Positions 55,401-64,000 of a DNA stretch of 64,000 bases are shown one piece after another. The translations under genes and the position numbers were made by a program. How positions within the stretch are numbered: the stretch's first letter is position 1; every line of letters starts with the position of its first letter. This DNA comes from Tubiluchus corallicola (lineage: Eukaryota > Animalia > Priapulida): assembly GCA_030141605.1 (NCBI GenBank), contig JAQGDQ010000298.1:1-64000 (forward strand), in the 5' to 3' direction. Under the pieces are notes generated by a model. That model ran no database searches, had not been told where the DNA came from, and saw only the letters and a list, made by a program, of their open reading frames with translations.

Positions 55401-58400
55401 TAGCACACGCACACTTGCTGTAGGTCAGAGGTTAAGTGAACCTCAGTAACGTGTCTTAACTGCAACCTTCATGTGACACGTGAGTAAAACAAAGCCTTCT
55501 GCCACATCAGTTTAGTAACTTCAGTTGTTTTACGTGAACTTTACTTAACTATACATTAGTCTGTGTGTAGTGTGATTTACTAGCAGGATCTTGCTTGGGA
55601 ACAAGAGAAAATGAACTAGGTAAGATTCCTGGTTAGGTGTTAAAACTGTTAATGTTACAGTTGCTTGGGCTGCAAGCCGTTGTCAAGTGTGCACAAGTAC
55701 GTTGTCTGTTACACATGACCTTTAGCCTTTTGGTGATCATCATCAATCACTGGAACTGTGAAATGCTGCAAGCTTTCATTAATGACTGATGACTATTTTT
55801 GTCTTGCTGTTTTTCTAAGGACCTTATGAGCAAACATTGGATCCGTTAGTCCTCTACGTTACTGGATATGGTTCGAGCACAACAAATGTTGATCTGCAAA
55901 AGTTGTTTCCAGTCTGTAAAGAAATTCGCTTTCCAGCAAGAGGCCCCCAAGTGTGAGTTTTTTTGTACTATTTTTATACAACTTGTTTAACAACAGAATA
56001 AAATGAAACACAAAAATTCTGTCATATCTGACACAATAAATGTAGTTATCTAATTGTTACAGTTTTGAAAATAGTAATTGCTCCTAGTTGTTGTGTGAGA
56101 GCATGAAAATAAGACAAATTGTTTTATTAATTGCTATTAATTATTATAAGAATGACAGCTACAAGTACAAAGTCAAATAGCTGTGTCCTAAATTCAAACT
56201 GAAATCTATGATGGAGTATTTGCATTTCTTGTAATAAATTCATAGTGTCTTGCTTAATTATGTAACTGTAGTTTTTTTACATGTATTTGCAAGAGATCAA
56301 CATACATATTTGTTAAGTATTAAAATCTAGAATTTTGTTACACATTGTATATGGATCCTCGCGTAACGACTCCCGATTTAGTGATGTTTCGTTTTAACTA
56401 CGCGAAAGATTTGACACGTTTTTCTCACTTAATGACTCACGTTTCATTCTAGCAACGATTTTTTTACTTTGCTCAAAGCCATTGTTTATTTTATCAACAA
56501 CATTTTTACCTAATTTGAAGCAGTAAAACAGTACACGTTACATTATTCTGTTCTAAAAACACACTAATAACATAAAACAGTACAACCATCGTTTATATTT
56601 TGGCTTCCCGAGTGAATTCTAGCCACTTGTATCAAGTGAAATCTATTTGCTGGCCCCTGAGTGCAAACATTATGCAACCAATTTTGCTTGCAACCTGTTG
56701 CTATAGCGAAGGAGGAAATTTACAACAATTAATTTATAAGAATTAAATAGCACTGATTTTTGCTTCTGGAATGTATCTTAATTTTTTTATATGTATTTCT
56801 AATCTTGGTTTTGTTAATGACGTTTTGCTTAATGTCACATTTAGCGTCGTTAAGCGAGGAAACTTACTGTATACTTCATTATTAAGCGGAAGTTATTCAT
56901 AACAAAGTCTCATAACAGTAATACTACTTTTCTTGTATGCTGTGATTTTTTTTACGTGTTTTGTACATATATGCGAGCTAAAGGCCCAAACTTCAGATTG
57001 AGTTTACGGAATTTCGTATATTGAAATCGTTGTGGTTTTTTTCAGATGTGCATTTGTCCAGTTCAGCAATGTAGAAGACGCAAAACTTTATCGCCAAAAG
57101 CTTTCAGGGACACAAGTTAAGGGTGGCATTTTGCTCGTGGAATACGCACGTAAACTCGGTCGTAGAAAAACAAAAGCAGGTACTGTTTTAAATATAATTG
57201 CAGATATACATGTTTCAGTAAAATCTACTACTGTGTAACTCATAACCTAAGGTGTAAAAAAAATCCAAGTGGTAGTCTACAATTTCGAGAAGTTGTCACT
57301 TTAATAGTTATATGTGTGTACTATAATCTTAGTATCGGGCATCGGTATGATCTTTATCTTAGAGTATAAAAAATATAAAAAACAGATTTTTGCTGTTGTA
57401 GTCTGTCTTTCAAGAAGATAGTGCCATTTTACTGCATGATGAACCTTTTTGCTGCTGGTAGAAATATAAAATTTTGTTACTGTTTACTGTTTAGCTAACC
57501 TAGGAAAGTCTACTTAGGCCAGAGTATCAACGAGCCTCGACTTTTTTGTATTAAATATTTTCTAAGTCCAAATTAATTTATTATGAACAAATTAATTTAC
57601 ATCAGCCATTTCCTAATGCTGTATTCTATGGTGAAAAAGCTTTCTCTGTCTTAGCTCCACGTCTCTGGAATAACTTACCTGTTGCCGTACGTTCTACAAA
57701 TTCATTAGATTCTTTTAAACAACATCTTTTAACACATTTGCTGAAATTGTACTTTTTATGATTTTTAATTTTTAATGTTTTTTGTGAATTTTAAATGTAT
57801 TTTAGTGTTCAGCGTGCTGAGATTTTAAATGAAGTAGTGCGCTATGTAAATAAGCTTTACATTACATTACGTTGCATTACATGAATGTCTAGGTCATAAA
57901 AAGCAATAGCAATATGACCCACTACAAGGAAACTACCAGATTCTAGAACTAATTAATCACTAAGCAGATAACTGCTAATATCATATATATTAATTCCGGT
58001 AGTATCTACACACACACACACACACACACAAGCACATGCACGCACGCAGGCAGGCAGGCACGCACGCACGCACGCACACACACATATATACGGATATATA
58101 ACCGACGAGGCTACAGCTCCAACAATGGCAGAATTTTAGGTGATCTATACATCATACGAAAGGTCCTGACCCATAGATTTGCCATTGGGGGTTTATTTTT
58201 TTAATCGAGCCCACAGGGATCTCCAAACCTCCTGTGTGTGGCATGGTCGGCATGCTGTGGGTGTTGTGGTATAGTATGGATAGCGTGGTATGGGTGGTGT
58301 GAGTTGTGCGGCGGGTTGGTGTGGTGTGGTGTGGTATGGGTGGTGTGAGTTGTGCGGCCGGTTGGTGTGGTGTGGTGTGAGGTGGGTTGTGTGTTGCGAC

Positions 58401-60381
58401 TGGGGTAGTGAGTGGTTGTGTAATGTGGTGTGAGTTGTGTGTCCGATTATGAGTAAAATTCTTTTTGTGGGGATTGCCTAGTTGCAGTAATGATTTCACA
58501 AATTATGTATCGTGTACAATAAAACTTTTTTGTAGACAAAGCTAGGGAGCACAAAAAGGAGATTCAGAAAACCAATGCCGCCCTTTCCAAATTGACGGAC
58601 ACTACTAAATCGGGCAGCGAGGATGACGACGACAATGATGAAGATGATGAAGGTACAGTTTCTAGCTATAATTAGGTGCATTAACTAAACACTGTTTGTA
58701 AGTTTGATTGTGATTCTGTAATTATGTAATTACCTTTATTGTTTTTAGCTAAAATGAACTGAAACTAACAGATGCAGCACGTCGTTTTTTTAAAGGAAGA
58801 TCGGACGATTGTTTTGCCTTAATCTCATTTTAATTTATTATCCAAAATATACATTTTCTTGCCGATAAAGGTTAGCAATTGTTCCTTATATTTGAATAAT
58901 TAGCTTAGAAAGTTAATTAACGGCAACTGAACACAGCTATTGCTTACGTCAGAAACTAACCTCAGTTTGTGCAATGGCAGGCATTTGCGTAAGTGTTACA
59001 GTTTAAACGCATGATGTCACAAAAATGGGCTTTACATCATATGACGTCAGAAACTAACACTGCAGTTCATGATCGTGCTTATCACGGTACCACCTTCTAT
59101 TTTTCCGGCATGCGCATGTGTAAAAAGGCGCCTTTGCCAATCTTAGTAGATTCACTAAGCCGCGCGTAGCTTTGAAAGTTTAACAAAATTTGAGTATCCA
59201 AGGTAATTATTATTTAATCTGACCTTTGATTTAAAAAAAAGCTATTGTAGTTTCCAATATTTTAGAGCATTACTTATTCTGAACTCGTGTTTACACAATC
59301 ATCCGGTTTTCCTTTAAAGTAACCAATGGACTAATGTATGATATGACATTCTGAATGAGCTGGGATATGTAGAAGACAATCGTTTTGCCTGTGTGTGCAA
59401 ATTATCAGAACTAATAGCTATTTTTAACTTATTTCTGTTTTTAAGGCATTTTAGCTTTAAAGGCTTTTTACAGGCAATTTTAATTTATGTTCCAAAAAAC
59501 TCCCCGCACAAAGTTACATTGCATTGCATTACACTTACCTGTTTGAAAGACTTATGTAATTAGAAAAGAATTTTCTTAATAATTGAAAGTAATCGTGCCA
59601 CCTGGGTAAAATGGCATTGCATCGCCATCCCAATGTTCACTACTGATTCACCAAAAACTCATTATTAATGTTAATGACAAGTAATTAATTTAAACTTTTC
59701 CTTTGTTAGTGAAGAATGTGTTACGAACATTGTGATTATTTCTTCAGACATTACCACGGTGTTTAAATTTACAAGTTTCGTTCCGAGTTACTGCTATATT
59801 ATTGTTAAATGTTATTAAGTTTCGGGACAAGTTTTTCAATGTTTTTTCTGAAGAGTGTTTTTTTATTTAAGGATATTACTACAAACTGAGTATTAAGCAC
59901 CTATTTAAGCTGTAAACTTCCAGAGTTCAATTCATTAGTTTGCTTTACATCATGTTTTTAATCCATTGTGAACAAGTGTCATGTTATTGCTGTATTTATT
60001 CCTCGGCCAAAAAGTTGTTGTTCTTGATGGTCAAAATCAGTTTTGTTCTGACGGCAATCCAGCAAATTATATATGTTTATTATCTAGAACAACAGCAAGA
60101 GTATATCGGATTGGTCATTTCATTACGCAAAACTTACAGGCTTTAAGCAACTAACTCCTTTAACTGTGTAATAAATTGAAGAATTATCTTCATTGTTCAT
60201 TTCACTAAGTGCAAATTGAGTTTATATTAATTTAGTGCAGGTGCCTTCAAGTCATTTTTGTTGAATAGGTGATGACATTGATCATAGTGAAAGCAATGAA
60301 GATGATGATGATGACGACGATGATGATGATGACGACGATGATGGTGATGATGAGGATGTCGACGACGACGATGAAGATTGA
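41446..60381 (+). CDS. Nucleolin-like protein: D/E tracts, K-T-P repeats, 2 RRMs, acidic tail, no RGG; about 676 aa
   Basis: Exons 41446-41472, 42437-42653, 45854-45970, 46635-46853, [47498-47626 has an in-frame TAA and is excluded], 48694-48807 (GC donor), 49564-49626, 50096-50374, 51577-51657, 52333-52464, 54649-54811 (CLYVGRLP), 55005-55126 (IAFLEF), 55820-55952 (VLYVTGY), 57046-57179 (CAFVQF...LLVEYA), 58536-58652 and 60269-60381 (TGA). Confidence 0.85.
42215..42378 (-). mobile_element. tRNA-derived SINE with a Meta-domain-like core
   Basis: Minus strand: A-box-like TAGTTTAGTGAT, B-box GAGTTCGAACC, then GACTTTAAAAATGGTACCTGCTGTTGCCCTGCCTGACGC, which I recall as resembling the MetaSINE central domain. 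Confidence 0.6.
42994..45468. repeat. 47-bp minisatellite, about 52 units, in intron 2 of the nucleolin-like gene
   Basis: Unit GCAAATGCAGAGGGAGTGGAAAGCTCTCATTGTTGAGGTCTGCCTTG (starts at 43005, 43052, ...). Confidence 0.98.
46933..47325. mobile_element. piggyBac-like MITE
   Basis: TTAA|CCCTTTCAGTCCC ... GGGTATGAAAGGG|TTAA, with two internal GTATCCCA(C/T)GGGAT palindromes. Confidence 0.85.
48880..49110. mobile_element. Unclassified interspersed repeat with microsatellite-rich flank; inverted copy at about 58085-58230
   Basis: Shared AAAATAAACCCCCAATGGCA...GACCTTTC...ATGTATAGATC...GGAGCTGT. Confidence 0.6.
50830..51502. repeat. 22-bp minisatellite (TGTACAACATTTAAGAACACAT) with alternating variants
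   Basis: Directly visible. Confidence 0.95.
53518..54063. mobile_element. Kolobok-like MITE, family A
   Basis: Same TIR and body as 27376-27730; TTAA on the left. Confidence 0.85.
54243..54589. mobile_element. MITE with ACTCATATCTCGGTTT TIRs
   Basis: TIRs at both ends. Other copies at about 29574-29900, 9435-9610 and 10835-10970. Confidence 0.8.
57600..57885 (+). mobile_element. 3' end of an L2-type LINE
   Basis: YGEKAFSVLAPRLWNNLPVAVRSTNSLDSFKQHLLTHLLKLYFL*, followed by a 3' UTR and a (TTACA)n tail. Confidence 0.85.
58794..59313. mobile_element. Kolobok-like MITE, family A, inverted
   Basis: TTAA on both sides; reverse complement of 53518-54063. Confidence 0.85.
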
Positions 60382-62459
60382 TTTGGTGAGCACAGAAGAA
60401 AGAAAGCAACTTATATTGTAAATTAATTGTTTGTCGTTTGCCATAATGAAAAAAAATGTAGAACTTGAATTATATATGTAATGAAGTTTTCTATATCATT
60501 TCATGTTTTTTGGTTGCAGAATTTTACAAAATCACGTTGTAACTCTGAGGCTATTTCAAACTAAATGTAATCTAAATTTTATACGAAATGGAACTGTGGT
60601 AAATGGGATGCATAAATGAACACACACTTTCAGTGTGAACATGTGTAGAGGTGACAACCTTCCTATTAACTTTGTATTAATTTAAATTTTTTAGTCATTC
60701 ACTATTGTTGTCTCAATCAGTTACTTACACGTTTAACTTCTGTTATTCCACAATTATGAATGCAGTTCAAAGTTTTTGCTGTAAATACATTGTGTCATCT
60801 AAGTACACTTGTAGTTAAACTTTTTATGATGTAAAATATTAGCTGACATTGTAAAAATTTGTTGATGAAATTATATTTTGAACTGATAATATTTATTCGC
60901 TTCATCATAATAATCATAATCGTCCAATTTAACACTTTCTGAACTTTTTAATAACATTATTTGGCTATGAATAGTCCTTTACCAATACATTTTCTTTGCT
61001 TAAAGGCAGCATTTATGTAAAAGACATTGTTATATCTGTTTTGTTTACAAAATACATGAGAGCTAGCATGATGTTTATTATAGGTCAGAGACTAAATATT
61101 GCCTTCTGGATGTGCAAAAAATGTAATTTAAACTTCCCTAGTTTGTTCTGTAAAGAGAAATTAAGGTTGGGATCTGTTCCTAGCCTAAGGTTTTTTTATT
61201 GATGCAAGCACTTACTCTGGAAAAAGTCAATAATTTCATAGTAGCACAATCATTTCCATTTATAGTTGCACTATTTGCACTCAAGCAGTAAAGCTGTTAC
61301 TTTTAAATGTTGTTTAATGCAACGATTGATTGATTTTTTTATGGAAACTCTGTTAATTGTGAAAAATTTGTGTTAAGTCTGTGTAACAAATCAGTGTCTT
61401 CACTCCTCCTACTATTGTGTTGCACTAACTTACATTCCTGATTGAAGCTCTTTTATCTATAAAATATTGTACATATGTGGTTGGTAGTTGGTGCTGCTGA
61501 TTATACTTTAGTTTTAGATTATCAATTTTATTTTTTTCTTTATCGTTAACACACACACACAAAGTGTCACAACTGGAAACCTTTAAAAAATTTAACACTA
61601 TAAGATTAAGGCAAGTATTGTTAATTTAAGTGGCATTGTATTGAACTTGAATGTTCATAAAATCAATAAAGTAAATGTTGTCATAAAGTTATGCAGAACG
61701 GAGAATTGTTTTAGTGTGAGTCTTTTATATCTGTAATTAAAGAAATGATTCGTATTTACTTAAATACTAGCTAGAAGAATTAGAAAAGAAATTCTGGGCC
61801 TGAATGGCTGTGAAATCTTTTTGTTCACGTTGAGTTTTCAATGAAACTTTTCGAAAATGGAAATCTTGAACCACTAGAATTCTATCAATCTTTAACAGAA
61901 CGCACTTGGCCTAGTTTAACTTAAGCGATTTTCCAGATAAGAGTGACACTGATTTTAATTATTAGCACTTTAATGCTCATACATTTTTGCAAAACAGACA
62001 GTCTAGACTGGAGTATATATTCCTTTGAGTATATGGTTTAGAGTATTCCAAGGGTATCTGGTACTTGCCAAACTAAATTAATACCCTTTTCAAGTAATGC
62101 TGTAAATCTAAACCTGACAATATCTACTTAAAGCAGAAGACAACAACCCGCAATAATTATTATTGAATTTCCAGTCAAAGATCCTTGGTTTAAAAACCTG
62201 TCTTAGACGGATTTTTCCTTTTCCTTTTTTTTGGCTAAGTTTGTTTTCGAAAATTCGGTAACTAATGCTTTTCAATCTTCAGCAATAATTTTTTGCATCT
62301 TAGTTATCATATCTGTAAACTGAAAGTGTTCAATGAACATATTGGCATAAGAACAGAAAACAAATCTAGTCAAATTGAGTTTTAGCAGTGCGTTGATCGC
62401 ATCAATAGACAGTGTAAAGATGGAAACATCGTGTTGTAGCACTTTTAAATGAAGACATT

Positions 62460-63590
62460 ATGAGAAACCAGTTTCGTGCTTTTCTCTTGTTTTTTCTCGT
62501 GGTATTTTCGTCGGTTATTTTATATGGACTATATAAGGTAATAGGATTATAGTAAATCTAAGCTAACCTCTGTACTGATTGATAAAGTCATGGAGGCTAC
62601 CTCACAGTACAGTAGTCAGTAGGTCTCCAAAAGCTAATTAAACATAATAAAATATATCAAGGAGACACACATTCAGGTACTAACTAAAAACAAGAAAAAA
62701 TATCATTCTTTGTAATTATGATCAATATATCATACTCTATACTTTCTAAATAGATATGAATTGTATTTTTGCTGCATTGCTTGTGAGAGTTAATGCCTGT
62801 AATGTCTGCAATTGCTTAAAGATCTTTATTGCAAGAACAGAATATTACCTGTCTTCTTTGTTTTTTTACAAGCAACGTTGTTTCCATTTACTGATTAAGA
62901 AATTTATGTCTCATTCGCGTTACCTTGTTGGTTAACATCTTTGAATGCAATCTTATGCGACAAGTTTAATCTTTGCGTATTCTATTAATGTTAGAAATTA
63001 AGAACGGTGGCAATACTGCAAATGAGATAGTACATGGACTTTGTAAAACGTTAACACATATTTAGGATAAAGATTAACAAGGGATTAACAAGGATATTCA
63101 TTGGTCTAGAAGTCCATTAATCATGACTTCAAACTGATTTGCTTTTTATTATATGTGCACAAGATTACCAACTGATAAATTTAACAAATATTTTGCCAAA
63201 TAAGCAGGTTGTCAAGTTGCTGATTATTATTCGTTTGTACATACCTACTTAACAGGGCACTTAATTTTCTTTAAATTTGGACGGGGTGGCTGACCTGGTG
63301 ACCGTTGGTCTTTTCGCCATGCCGTCTTTTTTCCATCTTTATTATAGTTTTTTGCTTTTGCTTATTTTCATTTTGTAAAAATTTACAGACAAATAAATGA
63401 TTTACTTAATTATTTTATCTTGAAAATATATAGTTAACATTTTCTTGCCAATTACATTGTTTCTATGTAGCATTTGAAAAGAAAAGTTTATCAGTTCATT
63501 TTGCATTCATTTGAGTGTATTTTTTGTAGTTGATTTTGGGTGATGGCGACGATTGGTCAGGCAGCGAAGCATTTCATGGAACCAGATATG
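62460..63590 (+). CDS. First two exons of a probable type II (signal-anchor) membrane protein; continues beyond the window
   Basis: 62460-62537 MRNQFRAFLLFFLVVFSSVILYGLYK|gtaata joins in phase 0 to 63530-63590 LILGDGDDWSGSEAFHGTRY|gtaaat. Short basic N-terminus followed by a hydrophobic helix. Confidence 0.55.
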
Positions 63591-64000
63591 GTAAATATCA
63601 TTTAAAGCATCAAAGAATCATCATCACATGCAAAAATAATGACATGCATGAAATTTTACATTTTCCCAAATTTTACACAGTTATGCAGTGCTTGCACACT
63701 GCTTCCTGCTTGGTTGGATGGCTATGAGCAATTCAATTTTTTTCACCCATGTACAAATTTGCTGATATTAATAATAATAAATTTATTTGGAAGTGCAAAT
63801 ACAATATCTAGAAACACTGAGAAAAATAGACATTTATAATAATGATTTAATTTTGATATGACAGCGTGCATATAATAAATGGCAAGAACCAGAAGTAAAG
63901 CTTGTTAGATGCTTGCACCATTGTAAACACGTCCAAATAATAATCGAAAAAAAAGGAATAAAAAACGAGGGTTTTAGGTAATTTAAAAATAAAGTTGTGC

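Overview
AT-rich, intron-rich eukaryotic DNA, almost certainly from an invertebrate animal; the species cannot be determined here. Most ORFs in the supplied track are spurious or are single-exon fragments. I assembled the genes by hand from GT/AG sites and reading phase. (1) A minus-strand FYVE-finger plus armadillo-repeat gene (ATG 16287) whose last traceable exon (968-1064) reads as the C-linker of a cyclic-nucleotide-gated channel. (2) A complete 5-exon stearoyl-CoA (delta-9) desaturase (+). (3) A 10-exon nucleolin (-) hosting two SNORD15/U15-type C/D snoRNAs. (4) A second nucleolin-like acidic/TP-repeat/2xRRM gene without RGG, head-to-head with the first across 476 bp. (5) The first two exons of a probable type II membrane protein. 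Introns contain a 5S-rRNA-headed SINE with an RTE-type tail (3 copies), tRNA SINEs, L2/CR1-group LINE ends, hAT-, piggyBac-, Kolobok- and Tc1/pogo-like MITEs, and several satellites. No database searches were run; family names come from motif recognition and recall.
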